Source of the DNA: Octopus sinensis
Lineage: Eukaryota
Direction of reading: 5' to 3'
NCBI RefSeq assembly: GCF_006345805.1
Contig: NC_043018.1
Location: 8,866,001-8,930,000, forward strand
Length of the DNA stretch: 64,000 bases
Positions 52,885 to 64,000 of this stretch are shown here, piece by piece. The notes below the pieces were generated by a model that saw only the letters and a list, made by a program, of their open reading frames with translations, was not told the origin of the DNA and made no database searches. A program made the position numbers and the translations under genes. Numbering within the stretch: position 1 is the first letter of the stretch; each line of letters begins with the position of its first letter.

Positions 52885-53426
52885 TATAGCTTCATTGAAG
52901 ATTGCAACCAAATAACACTTATTCCTGCTACACTCAACTCACTTGGACAAGGAAATCAACCATGCCAACCACACCGGGCTAAAAGATCTGTGAAATTAAG
53001 GGGCACAATCCCTTCATCAGGACTAAATTATTTAAAAAGTAAAGTTACCTTCTCGACTCATAAGGGCCAGTTTCCTGGTTTCATGTTGTATATATTCCCC
53101 ACATGGACAGGATGCCAGTCCATTGTAGGATTACTCAGTTTTGCCAGCTGAGGGCAACATGAATCAATGTTTTGCTTAAGAACACAATGTCTCACCTGGT
53201 CCAGGAATCAAAACGATCTTACGATCATGAGTCCAACACTAACCACTAAGCCACACACCTCTACTATTTAAAAAAAAAGGTTTCTAAATCTCCTATCTGC
53301 CTCCTTCAATCTTCTGCCAACCACCAAACAAGGGAAGTTACCCTTATTCAATCCCTTTCCTTCACTTCTTGCCTCTTTTGGTCATTTGATACACTGACTT
53401 TCGTCTTTACCGAATTCCCTTATGTA

Positions 53427-53750
53427 TCATCATCGTTTAGCATCCGCTTTCCATGCTAGCATGGGTTGGACGGTGCAACTGGGGTCTGGGAGGCCAGAAG
53501 GCTGCGCCAGGCCCAGTCTGATCTGGCAATGTTTCTACGGCTGGATGCCCTTCCTAACGCCAACCACTCCGTGAGTGTAGTGGGTGCTTTTTACATGCCA
53601 CCGGCACAGGTACCAGACGGGGCTGGCAAACGGCCACGGTCGGATGGTGCTTTTTACGTGCCACCGGCACAGGGGCCAGGCGGGGCTGGCAACGATACGA
53701 TCGGATGGTGCTTTTTACGTGCCACTGGCACGAGGGCCAGGCGAGGCTGG
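53427..53750 (-). mobile_element. SINE family C
   Basis: Family C motifs and subrepeats. Confidence 0.85.
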
Positions 53751-54682
53751 CACTCTGTTTTAAAATAGGTTATAGAAGGGGCCACTTAAAGGGTTAGCAA
53801 CACTGCTTCAAAAGCTCTTCCAACCCATGCCAGAATGGAAAAGTGGCCTTAAAAATACTCCAGTCGATACTGGGCACCACATTATCCTCCTCATCATCTC
53901 ATTAACTGCACTAATTAATCTCCCTCATGTAATTACACATATCTCTGATTTTCAGACGTCAGACAGTATTACATCTAGAATCTACATAATTCAATGCGTC
54001 ATTCCTTAAATGTAAATTGAGAGCAGTTTAGCTCTTATTTCTAGTAGGTCGAGCGACTGCAATGGAGCTTTTGTTCTGAGGTTTAGCAAAGTTTATTTAG
54101 TGTTTGTGTGAGTGCGTCAGATTGTTTCACCTGCCTCACCACCACCACCACCACCACCACACCACCACCACCACCACCACCACCACCACCACCACCACCA
54201 CCACCACCACCACCATGTTGCCTGTTGCATGTTCTGAATAGAGAATAAAACAAAACAAGTTCAGTGCTTGGAGGGTGTGGTGACCTTATCTGTTGTAGAA
54301 AGGGTAGGCAAGGGAGGAAGGGAGGGGTTGTTTTGTTTTGTTTTTCATGTTTGCATGCCATTTCTAGCTACAACCACTAAGAAGGTGGTGGCATTGATGA
54401 GTTCTGTCACACACACACACACACAAACAAAAGAATGTTTGCAAAATAGAATTAAAACATGATTTGGGTGGTGGTAGTCATAGCAGTAGTGGTGTTGTTG
54501 TTAGTGGTAGGTGCGGCTGTGTTGGTGATGGTGGTATGTTTTCTTCTCTAGCCCTGAACTAACCAAGGTTTTATGAGTAGATGGAAACTGAAAGAAGCCC
54601 TTCATGTATATAAATGTGCAAGTGTCTAATTTTGAAAATGATTAAAAATTTGGATGGATTTAGTCAAGGAACTTTGTCATTA

Positions 54683-54882
54683 CAGTAACCCCTCAACCAT
54701 CATGGTAACCCTTCTACCATCTGCGAAGTAGAAACAGTACTGTACTGTATATTTTTAAAATTATTTTTATAATTTGTATATATTTATTTTATTATAAACG
54801 CAAAACAACACCACGGAGGAATCGACGTAAGCTTAAATAATGAACTATGATAAGTGAACTTCGATAGAGTGAGGGATCACTG
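54683..54882. mobile_element. Tigger/pogo-like MITE
   Basis: TA|CAGTAACCCCTC...GAGGGATCACTG|TA. Confidence 0.7.
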
Positions 54883-55469
54883 TAGTGAGTTGCTGTTTGG
54901 AATATAACAGAAAGTTCAGGTACAAAACATAATGGAAGATTTTCTTTTAGTTTAGATAAGAACTTTTTTCTTTTTAAATGAGAAATTTTCTGTTATAAAA
55001 CCAGAAGTAGTCTCAACTGAGTCAGTGTTAAAAGTGTCAAGTTAAAAAGCAATTTTAGACTTTATTTTATATTCAGTTCATCATTGTCATTATCATCATC
55101 ATCATCATTTAATGTCCCATGTTCCATGCTAGTACGGGTTGGCTGGTTCAACCAGGATCTGACAGATCCAAGGGTTGTATTGTGTTCCAGGGTTTCGTGT
55201 GATCGTGTGAGCGACCAGGCTATCAGATGTTGTTATACATTACTGGTCACAATGTGTTTTTGCATTGTTTTAGCCTTCAAATGACGCCACCCCACTGACT
55301 TGGTGACCAGGTCAACATCCCTCCTCCTTATCAAAAGGGGTCTGGAGCAATGTGAAATGAAGTGTTTTGCTCAAGAACACAACATGCTGCCCAGCCAGGG
55401 AATCAAACCAGCAATCGTGAGTGCAACAGCCTAACCACTAAGCGACATGCCTTCATTTCCAGTGTTATC

Positions 55470-55700
55470 TTCCGGCATCAGTTGTTAGTTGTTGGAGCAC
55501 TGCATCCTTCAAAACTTCCATGCTTCCTGAGATTCGCCAACACTACACCTGATTTTCTCCCCTCCATACACACACATGTATCTATCTGACTCATACACTG
55601 TTCACTTCCCAGACATTTGTACATTACTGCATACACTTTATACGCACTTTCTGACAAGTTGTGGTGCACCTGAGCACTGTATACAATAATTTCAATATTA
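55470..55700 (+). mobile_element. CR1-like LINE 3' terminus
   Basis: PASVVSC..ASFKT, similar to the CR1 ORF2 end, followed by a UTR and (ATT)n tail. Confidence 0.55.
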
Positions 55701-55989
55701 TTATTATTTTATTATTATGAAAACCCAGTGTATTCCACCATATTCTCCTCATATTCTCATTGAATTTTCTTTCTTTTCATATTTTTTTATATATTTTCAT
55801 TTCAAATTTTGGTTTATGCAGTGTTTTTCCTTTTCTTTTTGTTTTGCTTTCAAACCTAAGGTTAGCATTCTTGGCACAGTTTCTGACAACAAACTGTTTT
55901 CTCTGCCTAACCTTCTCTCCAATCCATTCAAGAATATATCTGATACAATTGTTTTTTTTTTTTCTATGTTTGTTTATTTAGTAAATATA

Positions 55990-56151
55990 GGCGCAGGAGT
56001 GGCTGTGTGGTAAGTAGCTTGTTTACCAACCACATGGTTCCGGGTTCAGTCCCACTGCGTGGCATCTTGGGCAAGTGTCTTCCACTATAGCCTCGGGCCA
56101 ACCAAAGCCTTGTGAGTGGATTTGATAGACGGAAACTGAAAGAAGCCTATC

Positions 56152-56200
<49 letters not shown>

Positions 56201-56410
56201 TGTTTGTGTGTCTGTGTTTGTCCCCCTAGCATTGCTTGACAACCGATGCTGGTGTGTTTACGTCCCTGTCACTTAGCGGTTCGGCAAAAGAGACCAATAG
56301 AATAAGTACTGGGCTTACAAAGAATAAGTCCCGGGGTGAGTTGCTCGATTAAAGGCGGTGCTCCAGCATGGCCGCAGTCAAATGACTGAAACAAGTAAAA
56401 GAGTAAAGAG
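55990..56410 (+). mobile_element. SINE family A, full length, young
   Basis: Near-identical to 3027-3422. Confidence 0.92.
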
Positions 56411-57109
56411 TATAAATGATTTTACTTGCTCATTGTGAGGTCATAGCTAGTCATGCTACATGAGTGTGTGTGTGCACATCTATATAGGTGCAGGAACGAC
56501 TGTGTGGATTTGGAAGCTTTCTTCCCAACAACATGGTCTTGGGTTCAATCCCTCAGCATGGCACTATGGGCAAGTGCTTTCTACTATAGCCCCAGACCAA
56601 CCAATTCCTTGTGAGTGAATTTGATAGTTGGAAACTGAAAGAAGCCTACCATGTATACACACATGCACATACACATATAAGCAACAACATTTTTTTTAAA
56701 TAACTGATTATAAGGAATAAATGAGTGATTATCCAATTAATACTTGGAATTGAAGATAGTTTGCGTCTAAATTAACGTACAGTTCCACATCATTGAACGT
56801 CAAAAAAATCAACATAAAACTTTGATTAGTTCGACCTGAAAGGATATTAAAGTGAACATCCTGAAGAAACTGCACCAGTATTAGGGTAACGTTGCAATTG
56901 CAATGCATTTCTGTGTGTGTGTGCTTTTACATGCGGGTTTCAGTATCTGTCTCACACTAATTATGTACATTAATTACAAAAAAAAAAAAAGAAAAGGTAA
57001 TGAAAAAATATTAAAAAAAATTAATTAATTAAACAAATCTGACACATTCAGAAAATAATAAAGAAAAAAATAGGAGAATTTCTCAGCTTTTTATTTGTTG
57101 TTGTTGTTG

Positions 57110-57156
<47 letters not shown>

Positions 57157-57398
57157 GTCGTCGTCATTAATTAGTGTTGGATTAAAAGATACTTGAATAA
57201 GATCTCTCTCAGACTGTTTCAGAAACATTAGAATAATAATAATAATAATAATAATCATCATCATCATCATCATCATCATAATAATAATAATAATTTTTTT
57301 ATTTGTTGTGATTAACCTAGTTTTCTGTGTACATGTCTAGACTATTTTAAATCGCTGTAAGGCAGTTTTATTGCATCTGTCAAACGTGGCCAACTCTA

Positions 57399-58069
57399 TG
57401 AGGTGCATTCCAAAAGCTTTGAGACATTTTCTGGAGAGACATTCATTAATTTCAAAGAAGTACAAAACTCTAATCTCCTTCAGGGTAGGATCTTCTGACG
57501 ACTGCAATGCACTTGTAGGGCTCCAACCATTTTGTGAAGGGCCCCATGGAAGTCCTCTAAAGTGAAGGTGTCCAGGACCCTTGTTTCAGCCTCCCTCATC
57601 TTCTCAATCATCATCATCATCATCATTTAGCGTCCGTTCTCCATGCTAGCATGGGTTGGACGGTTCAACCGGGGTCTGGGAAGCCAGGAGGCTGCACCAG
57701 GCCCAGTCTGATCTGGCAATGTTTCTACAGCTGGATACCCTTCCTAACGCCAACCACTCCGTGAGTGTAGTGGGTGCTTTTTACGTGCCAGACGAGGCTG
57801 GCAAACGGCCACGATCGGATGGTGCTTTATACGTGCCACTGGCATGGAGGCCTGTCGGGGTGGTGCTGGCAACGGCCACGTTCGGCTGGTTCGCTTATGT
57901 GCCACTGGCACTGGTATCACAGCTACAATTTCCATTGATGTTGATCGAAATCGATCAACATCAATATTTTAAAAAAAAAAGACTACTGTATGTCTTCAGC
58001 TTGTGGAACCACCAAAAGTCACAGGGAGCAAGGTCAGGACTTTAGCGATGGTGAGGGATGATAAAAAGA

Positions 58070-58117
<48 letters not shown>

Positions 58118-58197
58118 TAATGTTTCTGAAACAGTCTGAGAGAGATCTTATTCAAGTATCTTTTAATCCAACACTAATTAATGACGACAACAACAAC

Positions 58198-58231
<34 letters not shown>

Positions 58232-58470
58232 TAAAAGCTGAGAAATTCTCTGAGTGTTGGTTGCCAGGATGGAATTGTGAACTGGTGCATTGTCCTGGTT
58301 CAGACGCTCAAGCCATCTGCAAAGTAATCTCTTCCTGAACTCCCTCAAAACCCCTACAAAGCACTATTTTTTTTTTGTACTGTCTAGCCAGAGGGGACCC
58401 AGTGGTTGTAAACGAGGTCCTTGCTGTCAAAAAAGGGGATCATCATAGGCTCCCCAATGGACTTGCAATG
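57399..58470 (-). pseudogene. Mariner transposase remnant (3' half plus one TIR) with nested insertions
   Basis: MMIPFFDSK..WVPSG*TV; QDNAPVHNS; SPDLAPCDFW; EDFHG.FTKW..KCIAV. Confidence 0.85.
57610..57955 (-). mobile_element. SINE family C inside the mariner remnant
   Basis: Family C motifs. Confidence 0.85.
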
Positions 58471-58653
58471 CCTAGTCCCTTGTGGCAGCGAAAAACATAT
58501 ACTTGGCTCACACAAGTTAATCTATAAGAAGTCTGGAAGTATCAGTCGAGTTCAGAGTGTAGTGTGAAAATAAATAACAAAGGAATAAAAATATTATGAA
58601 GTTCATTAGCATACAGTTGTTTCTGCTATAAAATGCAGTGCACTCGTAGTTGA

Positions 58654-58734
58654 AGCTCTGATGAAGTTATAGTGTGATACTCAAGCACTTAACTATGAAT
58701 GCATTGTATCTCATAACAGAAACGGTTGTAAGCT
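58654..58734 (+). ncRNA. Type I hammerhead ribozyme-like motif within an imperfect palindrome
   Basis: AGCT CTGATGA A GTTAT..(long helix II)..ATAAC A GAAA C GGTT G TA AGCT. Confidence 0.55.
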
Positions 58735-59369
58735 AATGAAGTCCAAAACATAATTGTTTATTCCTATGTCATTCTATTTAATTATATAAAATTCATTTTA
58801 ATGTCCATTAGGATTGAGCTTAGGGCCTCATGGTTGCAAAGTCAACTTCTTGACCACTCAGCCATGGTGGCGTCCCATGTCAGTGTTGAACAGCAAAAAA
58901 TTTGGTCTTCATTATGATATTGGTTCCAGTTAAGTTCTGAGTTCAAATCCTGGGATGGTCAACAGTGCCTTTCAATCTTCCAGATTCAATAAAATAACAT
59001 ATCAATTAAGAACCAGAGTTGATCGAATCAATTAGCAAAATTCCTTCCAAAATTTTTTGCCGTGGATCTTTGTTACAAATCATTTTTATGCTGTGTCTCA
59101 GAGGCCCATAGCCAGGCCTGGTTGACTTGTTTGAGCTCCAAGGTCAATAGAACCGGCACCCAGTATGGTAAGAATTTCTGATGTTGATGCCATCAATTGA
59201 AATAATCCTTGGAGGAGGTGCCCCAGTATGGCCACAGTCCAATGATAGAAACAGCAAAAGAATAGGATACATGTATGTGTGTGTGTATTATATGTGTATT
59301 ATCTTTTCACATGACCTCTCTGAACCAACAAAATTGCCAATCCTGTATTTGTCTGTCTATTGTTCTGTC

Positions 59370-59475
59370 TACATATCTATCTATCTATCTATCTCTATCC
59401 CCCCCTCTCTCTCTATCTATCTATCTATCTATCTATCTCTCCCCCCTCCATCTATCTATTTATCCCCCTCTCTCT

Positions 59476-59532
<57 letters not shown>

Positions 59533-59546
59533 CCCCTCTCTCCATA

Positions 59547-59577
<31 letters not shown>

Positions 59578-59676
59578 TCCCCCCTCCATCCATCTATCTA
59601 TCTATCCCCCCCTCTCTCTCTCCATCTACATATCTATCTATCTTCCTACCTACCCACCTACTTATCTATCTGAGAT

Positions 59677-59707
<31 letters not shown>

Positions 59708-59720
59708 TACATACATACAT
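59370..59720. repeat. (CTAT)n / C-rich compound microsatellite
   Basis: Direct reading; it is the source of the SIYL-repeat ORFs. Confidence 0.95.
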
Positions 59721-60299
59721 GTGTGTGCGTATGTAATATTATGTTCTTCTTTTCACCTGTGATGTTCATCTTTCTGATAACCTCACCTGATTGGCAGTTA
59801 TGGGTGCAGTGCATACAGATGTGTCTTTGGTTGGTAAGAGGTGCAATCGGGGCTATCATGCCTCTACTTGTTATCTATGTCCAGTTCAACATTTGTTGTT
59901 GTTTGTTTGTCTTTTTAAAATCTTCATGAGAACACAATGGCTGAATAATAACGTAACAGGATATTTCAACCCAGGTTGACGTCATTCCTAAATGTTTTAC
60001 AAGACAACACTTTACTTTAGATTCCATTTAATCTTAGTTACTGGAATATTACTATGTACACTATCAGTTTCTAATACTACCACAATAATAATAATAATAA
60101 TAATAATGATAGCTGTTTATCTTGATTTGAGATCACCATGTTGTGCACATATGGTTGTGATGCATGTGCCAAGTGTACCCTTATCAGACAGGTAGTCATG
60201 ATGGGTATACTGGGATTCGTATATTTTACCCCAGTGTCACTTTGATGGCATGCACTGCTCTCTCACTCATTAATAATAATAATAATAATAATAATAAAG

Positions 60300-61482
60300 C
60301 TTTCTACTAAAAGCACAAAGCCTGGGATTTCAGTGGAGGTAGTAAGTCGATTAAATTGACGCCAGTACGCAACTGGTACTTATTTTATCAACACTGAAAG
60401 ATTGAAAGGCAAAGTTGCCCTTGGCAGAATTTGAACTCAGAATGTAGTGGTGAACGAAATGCCTCTAAGCATTTTGCCTGGCATGCTAATGACTCTGCCA
60501 GCTCTCCACCTTAATAATAATAACAATAATAATAATCCTTTCTATTATAGGCACAAGACCTGAAATTACATTGACCCCAGGGCTCAACTGGTACTTAATT
60601 TATTGATCCTGAAAGTCTGAAAACAAAGTTGAGCTCTGGAATTTGAACTTAGAACATAAGGGCAGATGAAATGTCACTAACCATTTCACCCAGCATCCTA
60701 ACGATTCTGGCAGCTCACCATCTTAAAATAATAATAATGGTAATCATTTAACATCTGTTTTCCTTGCTGGCATGGGTTGGATGGATTGACAGGAGCCAAC
60801 AAGCTGGAGGCTCCATTCATCTGTTTTGGCATGGTTATCCCAGGCTCCATTTGTCTGTTTTGGCATTGTTTCTATGACTGGATGTCCTTCCTAATGCCAT
60901 CTACTTTACAGTACTGTGTGCTTTTTACATGGCACCAGCACAGATGCTCAAATTTTGACACCAGGCCAGCAACTTCGGGAGACAGGATAAGTCGATTACA
61001 TCGACCCCAGTGCTCAACTGGTATTTATTTTATCGACCCTGAAAGGATGAAAGGCAAAGACAACCCCAGCAGCATTTGAACTCAGAATGTAAAGTTGGAA
61101 AAAATACTGCTAAGCAATTTTCTTTGGACTCACCACAGAAGTAGTAGTAGTAGCAGTAGCAGTAGTAACAACAACAATAATAATGGTTTCAAATTTTGGT
61201 ACCGGACCAGCATGTTTTAAGGGCAAGGGGCTAGTTGATTACGTTGATCTCAGTACTTGATTGGTACTTCTTTTCTACTATAGTCACAAGGTTTGAAATT
61301 TATGGGAAGGGAACTAATTGATTAGAACAGCCCTCAGTGTTCAACTAGGGTTTATTCCATTAACCCCAAAGAGACGAAACGCAAAGTTAACCTTGGCAGG
61401 ATTTGAACTCCAAAGTTAAAGACAGACGAAATGTCACTAAGCATTTTGTCTGGCATTCTAACAATTCTGGCAGCTTGCCGCC

Positions 61483-61485
<3 letters not shown>
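60300..61485 (-). mobile_element. Array of old family B SINE copies
   Basis: Several degenerate GAAAGGCAAAGT..ATTTGAACTC motifs separated by (AAT)n. Confidence 0.78.
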
Positions 61486-61520
<35 letters not shown>

Positions 61521-61649
61521 TCTTCTCATTATCATTATGTAATCTACTAGTCCCCTACCCCAAATTTCAGGCTTTGTGCCTTTCGTAGAAAGGACTACTA
61601 GTAGTAGTAGTAGAATAAGAACAAGGACATTGGCATTATCTCTCCGTCA

Positions 61650-62000
61650 CAATAAACATTAAGTTACGCTCGATTTTTCCTTTAAAACGGAAATATCTCT
61701 TCTCGGGACTCCGACGGAAACACAAAACATTTTAGGACGATTGGTCCAAGGGAAGTAACTCAAATATTTTGAATAAATTCGGAAGATTTACGTCCCTTCG
61801 TTCGCGGTTTTTTTTTTTAGTTTTGTATTTTGGTTCTTGTTTTCTTTTAAAACTGTTCCATTTGTTTCAGTGATGGGGTTGGATGCTGCTTTCAACGGTT
61901 TATAGGCAGTTATATCGATCCTAGAATCTATACAGCTGCGCGTATTTCTTCCACATCAAGAAACTAAAAAGCAGGTCTGACCCAGATCTTTTGCTTAGCG
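61650..62000. promoter_or_regulatory. Unique CpG-retaining patch, possible promoter ~1 kb upstream of the PH exon
   Basis: Local cluster of CG dinucleotides in otherwise CpG-poor DNA; ETS-like CGGAAA/CGGAAG sites and an ATTGG. Confidence 0.35.
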
Positions 62001-62744
62001 TCAAAATATTTAAAATATTTAACATTAAAAAGTTAACAATGAATATACCATCAGGAAAATAAAACCATATTAGATATTGACTAAAGTTATTTTAATTATT
62101 TCTTTTATTAGAGTGGATAATTAGGTCTATTCCAATCTTATTTGACCTCATCAGCAATGCATAGATTTCACTGTAATTACAAAAACTGTCATGAGACAGT
62201 TTTAAGTGAATTCATGATACCAAACACTGTTTGAGGTAAATAAATAGAATTGTTTAAAAAATTACTCAGAATCGCCCTCAAGGGATAAAAATCAATAGTC
62301 ATCACTCCTTTCCTGTTTTATCTTAGCTTTGTGACTGAGTTATTGAATGGACAGTCTCACCTCTTAAGAATCACCCATACTTCACTGAAATTATTTTGCC
62401 AAAGATTTTTAAAGGCAAATTTAGTGTTGCTTTCACTAGTTGCTTTCAATCTGTTTGAGTTTGTTGTACAAGAGATTAAGTTACCATATTACTGGCACAT
62501 TTTATATGGAAAGTTAAAAGAAATAGCTGAAAAACACCTGTTTTAATATTAGAAATTTACAAGGCTTAGGAGTACCCAAATGCTCCTTTGTGGGGCACCA
62601 TTTCAGTGCCTTTGCATTTTATTCAATACTGTCCACTGTTCAAGACTTTTGGAATTTCCCTGCCATGACTTGGATATATAATCCATCCACCCAACCCAAT
62701 TTTCTCCACCCTTACCTCGTCCTCTCTTTTCTGTTTTTATCTTT

Positions 62745-62930
62745 TATTTTTTGTTTTTACACTTTTAAAATTATATTTCTTTACTGTTTTTTTTTTTGTT
62801 TTTACACTTTTAAAATTATATTTCTTTACTGTTTTTTTTTTTGTTTTTACACTTTTTAAAATTATATTTCTTTACTGTTTTTTTTTGTTTTTACACTTTT
62901 TAAATTATTTTTCTTTACTGTTTTTTTTAT
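62745..62930. repeat. ~45-bp T-rich minisatellite, about 4 copies, just upstream of the acceptor
   Basis: TTTTTGTTTTTACACTTTTAAAATTATATTTCTTTACTG repeated. Confidence 0.9.
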
Positions 62931-62990
62931 TTTTCTTTTTTTTTTTTTACATTTCCTACTAAACCTTGATATCATCCTTTCTGACTTCAG

Positions 62991-63147
62991 GATCACTTGT
63001 ACAAGCTGCGCAACATAGCTCGCCTGAAAACATTTAGTATAAATTACAAACCATGGAGACTAAAATACTTCATTTTAAAGAAAAAAGATGACCACCTCAT
63101 GCTGGAATATTATGATCGACAACCGACGCCAAAGAGGACCCCTAAAA
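62991..63147 (+). CDS. Internal coding exon, N-terminal half of a PH domain (IRS/Gab/DOK-like adaptor type)
   Basis: Acceptor cctttctgacttcag|G after a T-rich tract and donor AAAA|gtaaga. The frame is open: DHLYKLRNIARLKTFSINYKPWRLKYFILKKKDDHLMLEYYDRQPTPKRTPK, matching the PH beta1-beta3 pattern (LxK...W+x+YFxL...LEYY). Phase 0 in, phase 1 out. No other exons were identified. Confidence 0.65.
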
Positions 63148-64000
63148 GTAAGACAGCATTTACCATATTCTTTAATGCACACACACATACAGTTGTTGGT
63201 GAATTGGGCTTCTTATTTGTAACCTTAACAATATGTTTAAAGTGATTGTGTGAGTAGAGGGAGGAAGGTTCTTCTTGTTGCCTTCTCTGTGGAGGCAAAA
63301 AAATAAGCGTTAGGGAATCTGTGGTGTTCATTCCTTTTCCAAGAGTATTTTTTAATCTAAGTTAAGTCTTTCTACCTAATCTTTCGGGGGGGGGGGATTT
63401 AGAAAAGGAGAAACTGCATAGGATCCTGTTGAATAGCTTGTGCATTCCAGCTGTGACCATCCTGTCTTTTTTTGTGTCTGGTGTAGTGTCTCATCAACTA
63501 CATTCAGTTTCCAGCACATCCATTTCTGAAGATGGTAGGATGTGATATGAAGGAGCGATTTGGGGAGGAAGGATTGGACAAAGTGGTTAGTACAGGGACT
63601 GGGATGTGGTAGTGGTGGTGGTGGTGGGACAGGAGGAGAAGGACGATGAGGATGAGAGACTGGTAAACTTAGGAATTATCTTAGTGGAGGTGGTCCCTGA
63701 TCAGCTCCTACCTCAGAAGAACAGAGGCCATTGTAATTGTGGGAGAGGAGACAGAGAATGGACCCAGCACAACTTTGGGTCCAGATGTTGAAGTGTGCCT
63801 GTGATTTTACTTCAGTCAGTTGAGTGACCCATCACTGGAATGTCGTCTAGAATGTCTGTGGATGAAGAAGCAGCAGCAGTACCACCACCACCACCCTTCC
63901 AGATGTGGGAGCAACATTGCATTGTGGGTCCCGTCTGAACTTTCTAATGTTTCAGTTATTGAGGTGGTGGTGAGGTGGGGATGATGAAGAGAAAAAGGGT

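Noticed and set aside
59181-59929. SIYL-repeat ORFs
   Set aside because: They translate a (CTAT)n microsatellite.
62214-62240. Candidate upstream exon ending GAG|GTAAAT (would give QTLFE-DHLYK)
   Set aside because: An in-frame TGA lies immediately upstream, and the nearby ATG frame also stops before the donor.

Overview
This is AT-rich, repeat-saturated animal genomic DNA, not prokaryotic. The SINE families, microsatellite density and TTAGGG-bearing MITEs point to an octopod cephalopod (inference from recognition, not a search). Almost every entry in the ORF track is an artefact of SINE consensus sequence or simple repeats. The only credible host coding sequence is one splice-flanked exon encoding the start of a PH domain (62991-63147, +). 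The rest consists of four SINE families; Merlin-like, hAT, Tigger/pogo and piggyBac-like MITEs; Helitron fragments; and decayed mariner, hAT, RTE, CR1, CRE and R4/Dong-type coding remnants, often nested. The most interesting signals are: (1) minimal type I hammerhead-ribozyme folds of the Penelope kind inside short non-coding palindromes, including a head-to-head tRNA-headed twin element with a TSD; (2) two local inverted templated insertions and a probable SINE 3' transduction; (3) a size series of Merlin-like elements with 8-9 bp TSDs; (4) a CpG-rich to CpG-poor transition near 17 kb that suggests a methylated gene body. Coordinates of degenerate repeats are approximate.
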